Position numbers and translations under genes: made by a program. A stretch of DNA of 38,133 nucleotides, taken from the NCBI GenBank assembly GCA_003990765.1, contig RBNJ01000169.1, positions 1 to 38,133 on the forward strand, written 5' to 3'. Below, one piece after another: positions 12,530-24,172 of the stretch. Position 1 is the first letter of the stretch; the number at the start of each line of letters is the position of its first letter. This DNA comes from Jimgerdemannia flammicorona (lineage: Eukaryota). Under the pieces are notes generated by a model, which searched no databases, was not told where the DNA came from, and saw only the letters and a program-made list of their open reading frames with translations.

Positions 12530-12796
12530 TAGAAATCCCAGATGGCTGACCATATGGCCAATGACTGGCTAGAGTAATTTGGCCTTAAATTTAAGACTGA
12601 GCTACTCTATCTCAGCTTTAAATTTACAGCCAACTAGTCAAGTGGTATTTATAGACCTTTTATTTAATTTGGAAAATTTAAAAATCAAAATTGCCAAATA
12701 AGACCTGATCACTTAATCAACTAGCCAATCTATAAATTTTAAAGCTGAGCCACTCTGGCCAGCTATTGGCCATAAGGTCAGTTATCTGAAATCTCT
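12530..12796. mobile_element. MITE family B with about 70-bp imperfect TIRs, in a (TA)n context
   Basis: agaaatcccagatggctgaccatatggccaatgactggctagagt.. vs the reverse complement of ..actctggccagctattggccataaggtcagttatctgaaatctct; mismatches are mostly transitions. Confidence 0.75.
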
Positions 12797-13047
12797 CTCT
12801 CTCTATATATATATAAATCAGTAAAATTTATATAAATATTATATAAGTATATAGGCTTTTATAAAGATGAAGTAAAAGAGAGAGTAGTTAACAATGGATC
12901 TATCAGTAGTTCTTTTTATACTTATTATACTATTTTATAAATATATTTATATATCTCTTATACTTATTTATAGTTAGAACAGAGTACTATTTCTATTAGA
13001 ATTTAGTATTATAAGTTATTTTCAAAAGTAATACAGAAGAAATATAT

Positions 13048-15444
13048 TGTGACGTACACAATTGACAATGGAGTACTAGTGACTGCTAAGATCAGATGAC
13101 ATAATGGCATGACAATCAAACAGACAGCCTGACTCATTAAGTGATCATTCCAAAAGAAGACAAGATGATCCGAGCCAAAATAAAGACCACGTTATTTAAG
13201 GAACCATACTCCACCTCAAGGATCAGCACCAAAGAACCAAGCACCCACCACACAATGCCTCCTATTCGCCGAACCAACCAGACCTCCTGCTGCTCTACCC
13301 CTTTGCCTGGCCCAAAGACCCTGATCTTTGAAGCTATCAAGAAGGCCATCTGGCGCCCAGATACTTCCGAACACTTGAACTTCTATACTGAGGACCTTGG
13401 ACACTTCATCAACTACTGGTATATAATGACCCAACAGCTCAAAGACACTACTGAATGAATGACCCTCTGGCATGACTACGAAATTGGATACTGCCTTCGC
13501 AATGAGACTCAAGAAGGTGACCAGGAAGACCTCATTGCCGAAATGTTAACCACCAGCCAGCTAATCAAGAGAGCCCTCCATGTCCACCAAATCTTCCGCT
13601 ATATTCTCTGGGCCATAGCACACTTGCAAGGAGTAACAGCTGGCAGTCTTGCCCGTCTCTCAACTGAAGATGTAGACTGGATAGAATCAGAAGTAGCCAA
13701 CTCTACTGGTAGTAACCGGGTCGCTGTAGGAAGCCAACAAACTGAACCTACTCAGCCAGGTTTCCACACCACCCCACTCCAAGACAACCATCAAGGTCAC
13801 CTAATGAGTCTTATGGAGATATTTGAAGGACCGCCCATTACCATAGAAGTACCCATTGGAGCTACCCCAACCACCCACCACCCTGTCAGCCACAATTCAC
13901 ATCTCATCATTTGGGAACCGAATCAAGAAGAAGCCCAAGAGGTCCCTGTCTTTAAGGGGGAGCCCCAAGAACTCCAAGGCCCTGCCCCTGAAGAAACCCC
14001 CTCTGACACTGAAACTGACGAGTCTTCAGAAGAAGAAGAGGAGCAACAGAGAGTCTACCAGTCCTCTGTCTACATTCAAGCTGTTCAAGGGTTGGAGAAT
14101 GTTGTTGAAGATGACTGGCCACTTTTCTACCCCCTCACCTCTTGGCTGGTGCTTCCCCCTTTTGAGGAGAGATATGATGAAGAAGAAATCGCAACCCAGC
14201 AAGATTTGCCCACCGCAGACAAATGGTACTATTCCCTCTAGAGTACCGCCTATCAGCCGTGAGAACCAAGCTTTTAGTCAGCATCCATTTTCAGTATTGC
14301 CACCCTCTACAACTGTTTCTGGCAACAATCAGCAATCATGTCAGCAAGTCTGAATCCAGCGTTGCTACCCAGTACCACCATTTTCAGCATTTTGTCAGCA
14401 AGTCCGTTTTCAGCATTGCTACCCTCCACAACCGCTTCTGGCAACAATCGTCGCATCCATATCCATCTGTGTCAGCATTTTGTCAGCAAGTCCGAATCCA
14501 GCATTGCTACCCAGCACAACCATATCCAGCGTTGCTATCCAGTACGACCATTTTCAGCATCTTGTCAGCAAGTCAGCCCTTCACATTGTGCAAGCCAATA
14601 GCATAGCAAAGTTTGCCACAATGTAGTATACCTTAGCCTTAGTCGCGTGCCCCCCCCCATAGCTAGCAAACTTGTATAAATAACCCATATTCTTAGAGTG
14701 AATAAACCTCAGTCAGATAGTTTTACAGAGAAAACACACTGCCTCCAAGAGACCGGATAAATTCTGAGAACAAGATAACAACCTAGAGCAACGGATTGCT
14801 CGGAAGTTTGAGTTAAAGAATTTTCTCTTGCCATGGAAAGAAAGAAAACGTTACCCGACTGCCGCCATTCGAGACCCGAGACCCAGCCAAGGATTCAAGA
14901 CCAAACCGCCATTCGGACTGCACATTCGAGACCGCCATTCGAGATTCAAGACCCAGAAACCCAAGGGTACCCAGCCAAAGACCGACCCGCTGCCAAAGAC
15001 CCGAACAACCACCAAGGACCCCAGTAAACCTGCCCTCAAGTTAACAAGTTAGACGGACGAGCGAGCCATCAACCTCTGTTTTCCGACCTACTGCGCCATG
15101 AACTGCTTAAAGTCAAGACCGTCGACTGCTTTAATTGACCGCATAAAGAGCAAGACCATCAAGACCATTGCCACATAAATCCGAAGTTTGCCACCAAGTT
15201 AAACACTGCCAGGAAACTTAGCCAGCATAATTGCCGCCCTTATCCACTAAACAATTGAGCCACCATCGACATCCTGAGCCCACCATCGTCGAACTCCCGT
15301 TATTACCGCATGAATCGAATGACCCGTCACATGACCAACGACCCACGAAACGTCACCAATGCCTTCAGTTATATACATCGCGCACGTCATCTGTGACATA
15401 TTGAGCCGTACAGTCGAAGTTCATTATATATAACCAATGTCACA
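13048..15444 (+). mobile_element. 2.4-kb TG..CA element, most likely a very long solo LTR
   Basis: Ends tgtgac..gtcaca; TSD atat/atatat (13042-13047, 15445-15450); tgtataaata at about 14673 followed by aataaa at 14701; internal tandem repeats at about 14300-14580 and 14870-15020; normal GC inside AT-rich flanks. Confidence 0.7.
13255..14241 (+). pseudogene. About 328-codon ORF of unknown function inside the TG..CA element, interrupted by one in-frame TGA
   Basis: ORFs 13141-13458 and 13459-14241 share a frame; ATG at 13255 (MPPIRRTN); single stop TGA at 13456-13458; acidic C-terminal part. Confidence 0.6.
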
Positions 15445-15489
15445 ATATATATAAAATAACAAAATGAGTTTTAATCTAAATATATAAAT

Positions 15490-15730
15490 ATATACTATTT
15501 ATTTCTTTATTAACCCAATTATTTTTATTTTGTTTTTTATAATTAAAGAATAAAAGAGACTATTGTCAAAGATTTAACAATTTAAATATAATTCTAACTA
15601 TAGATATAATATTATTTTCTTCTTATCTATATTAAAAATTAATTCTTTATTTATAATACTTAAAGACAAAATATCATATCATTATTGTATTATAATATAA
15701 AGAATAGAGAGTTAAAGATTTTTACTATAT
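15490..15730 (-). repeat. Inner part of the right arm of the inverted duplication
   Basis: Reverse complement of about 5555-5760 (e.g. ttatttataatacttaaagacaaaata vs tattttgtctttgagtattataaataa); separated from the outer part by the gypsy insertion. Confidence 0.8.
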
Positions 15731-16213
15731 TGTAATAATTTTATAATATTTCTTATTATTTCTTAGTTATAGTCTATTTTTGTATCTTTTTCTCTAGTCT
15801 TTTTTGTCTTTTCTTAAATATTTCACAATGTTCCAGTATCTTCTACATACTTAGAAATCCTCTCCTAGTATCAAGACTTTATAAGAACATTCTTATCTTC
15901 TTTTAGAACCAAGTATCTTATCTTAGCTAGTTATAAAACCTTTTAGAACATTGTAGAATTCTATTAGTCAACTTTGCTGAATACTTATTTTTTGGCTTTT
16001 CTCTTCATTTCTAAGATATTTCTGGATTCTTCTTTCAGATCTATATAAATATCTTCATCTTCTACTTAAATAAAAAATAGCTTATTTTCTTTTAGAAATT
16101 CTTCAAGATCTCTTAAATCTATATATAAGTATCTCTTTAAGTTACATACTTTAGGTCTATCTAAATATCTTCAGATTTAGTCACTTCCTCTTAAAGAAAC
16201 TAGAACTGTTATA
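15731..16213 (+). repeat. 5' LTR
   Basis: tgtaataatt..aaagaaactagaactgttata; colinear with 22214-22689. Confidence 0.9.
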
Positions 16214-16653
16214 CTTTGTAACAGTGGTGAAGTTATATCTTATCTTATTAAGAAATCTCATATAAATTTAAAAACTAGTTATAACTAGTTATATGAGTTT
16301 AAAATGAACTACAGAGAATCTGCCAATCAGCCAGAACCTACTCTAGAAGAAGATACTGATCTAGAGATATAAGTAAATTTAGCAGAAATAATTACTACTA
16401 TGATACATTAGCTCTAATATCTATAAATATAACTAAAATAATAGAAAACAAAGAATATAGTAGTATATCCTATAATCATATCTATCAGTTTCAAGTTACT
16501 TAAGTCAGATATTTTTGATAATCACTAAGAAGAACTATTTACTGATATCTAGACCTTCTAATTAGACTAATACTTTGAACTTATAAGTATAGAAGAAGAT
16601 ATATAAGTCTAATTATCATCATTCTTCTCTAAGAAAATACTACTCTCTAGTAG

Positions 16654-17113
16654 TATAATAGTTCTAGTTTCTTTAAGAGAAAGTGGCTAAGTCTGATAAT
16701 TTTAGTGGACCTAAAGTAGCTCAAAGAGATACTTATAGGTTTAAGTATTCTTAAAGAAATTCTAGGAGAAAATATTCTGAACTTTATTTAAGTAGAGAAT
16801 AAGAATATTTATACAAGATCTAAAAAAAAGATCTGGAAGAATCTTAGAAAAGAAGAGAAAAGTCAAGAAATAAGTTCTTGATAAAGATGACTAATAGAAT
16901 TCTACAATATTTCAAAAGGTTCTATAACTAGCTAAGATATTTGATACCAAAAAAAGACAAAAATGTTCTAGTAATATCTTAGTACTAAGAGAAGATTTCT
17001 AGATATTTGGAAGATACCAGAACATAGTAGAATATTCAAGAAAAGACTAGAAAAGACTAGAGAAAAGATATAAAAAAGTACTAAGACTAAGATATATCTG
17101 TAAAATTGTTATA
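16654..17113 (-). mobile_element. Inverted solo LTR of the same family inserted in gag
   Basis: Starts tataatagttctagtttctttaagag (reverse complement of the LTR end) and ends taaaattgttata; flanks agtag (16649-16653) and gatag (17114-17118). Confidence 0.85.
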
Positions 17114-17850
17114 GATAGTATAATTATATTATGATTATATATCTACTAAAGAATAAAAATAGAAGATTGGGCAGCCTTCAAGAAAGTCCTTCACAAGCAA
17201 TTTAAGTCTGCAAATATCACCAAACTAGTCAGAGACAGGCTAGTATATATTAAGTAACTTAAGTCTGTACAAAGTTATAATATATAATTTTTATTAATTT
17301 TTTTGGAGCTATGTACTAAATATTGTTAAAGATGAGAAAATTGATTACTATGTCTGAGGCTTAAAGAGAAATATATGAGTCAAGATCAATCTAGAAGAAC
17401 TAAAATCTCTTGAAGATATCATGAGAATAGCTGACAGATTTGATATTATGATCTATGATTACTGCTTTAAACTATCAAGTTCTTTAAGACTGCTGATATT
17501 TGAAAAAATTAGAACAATATAGAGAAGATTAGTATGGCCCCTATATAAGAATGATACTATCTTTTTGAGTAAATAGCTCTATCACTACTTTGAACCAGAA
17601 TACTATAAGAAGAATTACTTTAAGAATTGTAATAAAAATCAGCCTCAAATAGTAAGATCAGTCTCAATAGATTTGGACTCTATATATAGAATAAACACTA
17701 AGCTTACTTTTGAAGAGAAAGAATATCTAAAGAAGTCAGAAGTAAATTTTTTCTACTATCTGATAGGATATACATATTATAATCAAATATTCTAAAAAGA
17801 CAAATAAATCCATAAGACTAGTTACTATATTGTCTAAAGATATACCCATC

Positions 17851-18240
17851 TAATGCTCTCAAATAAATTGAATTAATTTAAATTGAATTGAATTGAGAGT
17901 CATTTGAATCAAATCAAATTGGGGATTTTTAATTTAAATCAAGTTCAAATCAAATCAAATTCAAATTGAATTGAGGGTCTGATTTGAACTCTATTTTTCA
18001 AAATATAATAACTTGATAAAAACATTTCCAAATTTAATGATCTTAAGCTTGTTAGATTCTTCTTATATAAAGGAATCTAATAAGCTAAAGATTATTAAAT
18101 TTTGATATATTTCTATTGAGTTATTATATTTCAAAAAATAAAGTTCAAATTGAAGCTCAAATTAAATTAAACCTTAGATTTAATCAAACCAAATTAAATT
18201 TGAGTCAAATTCAATTCAATTTGATTCATTAGGAGTACTA
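17851..18240. mobile_element. hAT-like MITE, family A, copy 2
   Basis: taatgctctcaaataa..aggagtacta; colinear with 5051-5370 plus a central hairpin at about 18041-18091; TSD not recognisable. Confidence 0.8.
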
Positions 18241-21200
18241 GTTCAGAAGACCACTATGTAAGAATTATACCCAGATCAGAACTCAGTATCAATTATTATT
18301 TAGATATTAGTACTGATATCATAATCTAGACTATTGAGAACAAGTTCAAGTTCTCTTTATCAATTAGAAGGATTAAGAATATATAGTCAAGGAAGGAGAC
18401 TGAGTTGTATAAATAATCTTAGAAGAAGCAAGTCAATTCAAGATTACAGAAGTCCAAGAACTACTCTCAACTATATAAGATTAGAAAGACTTTAGAAGTA
18501 GTTATATAGCAGATAGTACTTTATATCCTATTAAGTCAATTACTGCCAAACTACCCATTAAGATCCAGAAATATTAAGAATGAGTTGACTTTAATATTAC
18601 TCTACAATAAGACAGAGTTAATATCACTATCAAGTCAGACAAGTTAGTGAATAAGACTCAGATTGTTTCTCTGTTAGTAATATAATATATACTCAAGAAA
18701 GAACTATATACTTTTATTGCTATTATCTATCTTAAGAAATAAGACAAGAAGCTATCAATCAATAAAAGTATTAAGTTACTACTAGAAGAATTTAAGAATG
18801 TCTTCCCAGACAAGCTACCTGATTTATCCCTTATATAAGAAGTAGACTATAAAATTAAACTGATCTCAGAAACCTTACTATCCAAGAAGTATATATATTA
18901 TATATCATCTCTTAAGATAGAAGTAGTTAATAAAGAATTAGAAAAACTATTTATCTGAGGAGCCATCTAGTCTAGCAAGTCTCCCTATAGCTCACTAGTT
19001 CTTTTTATTAATAAAAGGATAGAACTTTATAAATATATATAAACTACTATACACTCAATAAGCTTATAGTTAAGAACTAATATCTACTATCTCTTATTAA
19101 TCAGATCTTTAATACTCTCAAGAATGCTAAGTATTTCACCAAGCTAGACCTTATATCTAAATATTACCAAATTTGAATCAAGCTAGAAAATATCTTCAAG
19201 ATTGCTTTTTTGACCTCTTTTGGACTTTACAAATTCCTAGTTTTAGCATTTGATCTCACCAATATATCTACAATATTTCAGACTCTTATAAATAAGATAT
19301 TCAAGAGCCAACTGTTTATTTTTCTATTGATATATCTTAATGATATTCTGATCTTTAGTATAACTAAAGAAGAATATCTTAAGTATATCTGTCTTATTTT
19401 GAAAATCCTGTAAGAATATAAGTTATATATTAAACTTAAAAAATTGAATATCTTGATCACATTATCTCTGCTCAAGAAATTCAGATAGATCTATACAAGA
19501 TAAAGATAATTCAAGAATGGTCTGAACCAGTAAACCTTACAGAACTCAGATCTCTGGACTTAGTCAGTTATTACTACTGCTTTATCAGAAATTTCTCTGG
19601 GATTGCTAAACCTCTCACAAATCTAATAAAGAAGATACTATACTTAGAGTATTATATATCTTATATCTGATATCTCATTTGTCAATAAGTACTTCAAGAA
19701 CTCAAAAACATCTAATAAATATCTCAATATTATAAAATTCTAATTCAAACCTAAAATTCATAGTTACTATTAATGCTTCAAATTTTGCTATTAGAGCAGT
19801 CTTTTTACAAGATAATAGAAATGAATACTACTCTATTGTCTTCAAGTCATAAAAACTATCACTTGCAGAACAGAAGCTAGTAACTTATGAAAAGAAATTA
19901 CTAATTATTATATATATCTTAGACTATTGGAGATATTATCTAGAAGATATTGAGTTTGATATTATTACTAATCATCAATCTCTTAAGTATATTAACAGTC
20001 AATCTACCCTGTAATTTCAATAAGCTAGTAGAGTTAGAAATTTCAAACCTTCAATTTGATAATTATCTACAAGCCTAGCAAGATACTTGTAATATCAGAT
20101 ATCTTATCAATATATCTAGATCTTACTATAGTTATATAAGTTACCTTGATACCAGAATTTCTAGACCAAATTAGATAAATCTATAAGAAAGATACTATAA
20201 CTACTAGAGTTACCTTGAATGAGCTCAAGGATATATATATTCTCAAAGATAATCTGATCTACCATTAAGACAAAGTCTATCTATTTGATAATTCAGAACT
20301 TTACTATAAGATATTATAAGAACACTATAACTCCCCACTTACCAGTTATCTTGAAATTGAAAAAACTATCAAAAATCTTTAATATTACTACTACTAATCT
20401 AATTTAATTAAGGAAATCAAGAACTATATTACTAGTTATAATCTTTATCAATATAATAAATCTAGCAACTAAGTATTAGCTAGTCTACTCTAATCACTTC
20501 TAATTTCTATCAAGAAGTTTGAATAAGTTACAATAAACTTTATAATAAACTATCTTAAACTAAGTCTAGTACTGATATTATTATTATATTCAAACTATCT
20601 GATTAAAACCATAGTTACTGAATCTACTACTTTCAATATTACTGCTCCTGAGATTGTAAGAATCTTCTTTAAGTTTATCTTCTATCATTATGATCTACCA
20701 TAAGTTATAGTCAGCAATTAAGACCTTAAGTTTATCAGTTACTTTTGGCAAGTTCTCTTTAAGACTCTAAGTATACAAATTGTTATATCTACTATCTTTT
20801 ACCCTCAAACTAATGGACAAACTGAGTTTATAAACAGAATACTTAAAAAGATGCTCAGAAACTATATTTTTTACAAATAAGATAATTGAGACTATTATCT
20901 GATATATTTAGAATTTGTATACAATAATACTGTCCAATTATCTTCTAGTCTTTCCTCTTTCTGGCTACTTTATAATCAAGATCCTAAGACTTCTATAAGT
21001 CTAGTTCCTTTTTAGAAAAATAGTCAAATACAAGTCTTTACTATTAAAAACCTCATAGACAAAAAGAATGAACTACTTAAGATTACTATTATAAACTTGC
21101 AGAAGACTCAATAATATCAAGCTAAATATGCTAATAAGAAATACTATAAATATTACTTATACTATTAATAATCAAGTTCTTCTATCAACCAAAAATCTCA

Positions 21201-21674
21201 AGATATAATTGCAAGTTAACCATCTATTGAATAAGTTCTAACTCAAGTTTATTAGATTCTTTGAGATCATAGAATAAGTTTCTATAAATATCTACTATCT
21301 CAAGTTATCTGAAACTATGAGAGTATATCTAGTATTTTATATATCTTACCTCAAGACCTGAAACCAATCACTACTCTACTTTGGTCAAATTCTGAAGTCT
21401 TCTACTTCTATAATCATTAAAGACCATATCAAGTATAAAGCTGAGAAAATTCTTAATAAATGAATCTGCTACTACTAATCTAAATATCTAATCAAATAGA
21501 TGAGCTACTCTGAATATAATATAATCTAAAAACTACTAGTTAATTTCAAGAATACTTAAGATCTTATATAAGACTTTGAAGTAAAAATACACACTTCTGC
21601 CTCTATCTACTAGTTTGATATACTTTTGTATATAGGTATAATTACTAATAATAAGCTTATTTAGAATATATAAC

Positions 21675-22035
21675 TAGTACTCTCAAATAAATCAATTTGA
21701 ATCAAATTGTATTTAGGGTCATTCAAATTGAATTAAGGTCTGATTTAATTTAATCAATTTGAAATATTTATTCCAAATTCAAAATGTAATGACTCAATAT
21801 AAATATGTCCAAATTTAATATTCTTTATTATACTAGATTCTCTATTATAAGATATATTAAATAAGCTAAAATTTATTAAATTTAAATATATTTTGATTAA
21901 GTTATTGAATTTTGAATAATTAGATTTAAATTGGACTTTGAATTAAATTGAATTAATCATTAATTCAATTTGAATATTTTAAATTGAATTGAATTAGAGG
22001 TAATTTTGATTCAATTAAATTTGTTCTGAGTACTA
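21675..22035. mobile_element. hAT-like MITE, family A, copy 3 (more diverged)
   Basis: tagtactctcaaataa..ctgagtacta; flanks tatataac / gaaataac (6 of 8 match). Confidence 0.75.
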
Positions 22036-22213
22036 GAAATAACAAGGGTTTTTTCCTAAATAGTTTAAATCTCCAACTACTAAGTCTTTAGCTCTCATCT
22101 TATATAAGATGACCAATTCTTCATAGTGGCACCTGTATAAGTTTGATAAATATAACTATTCTTATATAATCTTAGAAATTCAATGAGAATATTAATTCTT
22201 AAAAATGGAGAAA

Positions 22214-22689
22214 TATAATAATTTCTTAGTATTTCTTAGTATTCTTTAGTTATAGTCTATTTTTGTATCTTTTTCTCTAGTCTTTTCTTATCTTTTCTTA
22301 AATATTCCATAATGTTTCAATATCTTCTATATACTTAGAAATCCTCTCTGGATATAAGACTTTACTAGAACATTCTTATCTTCTCTTAGTCCTAAGTACC
22401 TTATCTTAGCTAATTATAGAACCTTTTGAAATATTGTAGAATTCCATTAGTTATCTTTATTGAGAACCTATTTTTTTGGCTTTTCTCTTTATTTCTAAGA
22501 TTCTTTTAGATCCTTCTTTCAGATCTGTATAAATATCCCCATTATCTGCTTAAATAAAGGATAGTTTATTTTTCTCCAGAAAACCTTTGAGACCTCTTGA
22601 ATCTATAAGTATCTCTTCAAGTTACTTTAGGCCCATCTAAATACTTCCAGATTTAGTTACTTCCTCTTAAAGAAACTAGAACTATTACA
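22214..22689 (+). repeat. 3' LTR
   Basis: tataataatt..aaagaaactagaactattaca, preceded by a purine tract. Confidence 0.9.
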
Positions 22690-22694
22690 TATAT

Positions 22695-23179
22695 AGTAAA
22701 CTGTTCTTTTATGTAATAGATTATAAAATGGGATGAGTAAGGAATTTTTTAGAGAACCCAACTTAATATGATTAGTTATTAATATACCAATCTGTTTTTC
22801 AAACATTGAAAGAACCAACAGAATTCAATAGAACTATTCTCCAATAGCAATATAGCTACAAAGCATATACAATTGTCATAAACCACAAGCATCTACTGGT
22901 CATTTTAAACAACTTTTTGTTTGGCACTCAAACTACTAGTGCGCGAAGGGACTATTTGGGTCATAGAAACAATCACGTTGTCTGGTTTGTTCCCTCGACC
23001 CCAAAGATCAATGGGCAACCTTACCGCTTTCCTGCAGACTGAACTCTTGTCAGAGGTCAATGAGGCAAGGAGGAAGAATCCAGACATGAAATGACAACCC
23101 ACGAAAACTTCATTCTCAGCATGACCCAATAACCCGAAAGGCTGCCGAGCGACTCAACGCACCTTCAAAGAATGGCCCA
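22695..23179 (-). repeat. Outer part of the right arm of the inverted duplication
   Basis: Reverse complement of 4724-5050 plus 5375-5550. Confidence 0.9.
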
Positions 23180-23359
23180 GTAACGACATCTCAAAAGGTT
23201 TCTGGCATGTTTCTTTACCATCGCATGCGCCCTCTATTCTTTTCCATCTTGAGGCATTGCACCTTTTCCTCCTCGGCCAACAAGATCTTCACAGGCTCAA
23301 GCACCTCACTCAGCTCACTGCCACCGCCGCAGACTCCTCCGCCTCCAACCTCTCTAACA

Positions 23360-23650
23360 AGAAGCTACGTGTGCATTAACCAGTGCGACGTCCTGCTGGC
23401 GTGCGGCCATCCGTGTAAACTTAACTGTTACGACTGCCAGACGACCACCATCAGCTCGGAACCAGCCCTGACACCGTGCGCATCGTGCGAACCGCCCACG
23501 GGCCCCGCGGTCAGGTATGCGACCGGAACTTGTTCTGCGGTTATGCTTGCGCGGCGAACTGTCATCCAGACGAAGACTGCCCGCCGTGTATGATGAACTG
23601 CGCAGCGTTGTGTGTGCATTTCAGCTGCTCGCGGCCGTGCAATGATGTGT
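23360..23650 (+). pseudogene. Fragment of NFX1-type zinc-finger repeats (ZNFX1/NFX1-like), frameshifted
   Basis: CINQCDVLLACGHPCKLNCYDC in one frame, then VCDRNLFCGYACAANCHPDEDCPPCMMNCAALCVHFSCSRPC in another; no helicase domain nearby. Confidence 0.7.
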
Positions 23651-23922
23651 CCTGCGTGTTGCGTGTGGGAATGAATGCCTCATCAGGAAAGGTATCATGA
23701 ACATGAACTCTTCCTGTTATCTACAAATTCGACATCGCACCTCGCACCCTACTCGCCGTCTAATGCGGCGATCGAGTCCTTGAACGGTTGAAGACGCCGG
23801 GGTGGCCTTTTTAAACTTGCAACCGCCAAACATCCATTAGACATTAGACCTCTCCTGGTTAAATCACCCCGTCCGACATCCACCATTGCCCATGAGCTTT
23901 TATTATGCCACTTTACAAGATC

Positions 23923-23974
<52 letters not shown>

Positions 23975-24172
23975 AGGGGGGAGGATCCACAGGGAAAGAA
24001 GAGAAATAGCCAACGGAAAGAGTGCTCGTATTTTGTATGTAAGAATGAAAATGTGAGTAAAAATAAATAAATTTTTGGTTGGGATTTTGCTATATTGGAA
24101 ATGTACCGCAAACCCGTTCTTTGTGGTAGGGATACCGTTTTTGTAAGATTTGCTGGTGTTCGGGACGATGAC

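Larger units (their letters stand above)
15731..22689 (+). mobile_element. Full-length but degenerate Ty3/gypsy chromovirus-type LTR retrotransposon
   Basis: LTRs at 15731-16213 and 22214-22689; TSD tatat (15726-15730, 22690-22694); purine tract 22201-22213. RT FTKLDL and LIYLNDILIFS (about 19325-19360), RNase H INASNFAIRAV, integrase YPQTNGQTE (about 20800-20826), chromodomain remnant YKAEKILNK (about 21434-21460). Many stop codons. Confidence 0.92.

Noticed and set aside
23923..23971. Long poly(A) tract as a retroposon tail (also 645-676, 2866-2895, 3576-3605)
   Set aside because: No flanking TSD found; the other three lie in introns or intron-like sequence just before AG acceptors.
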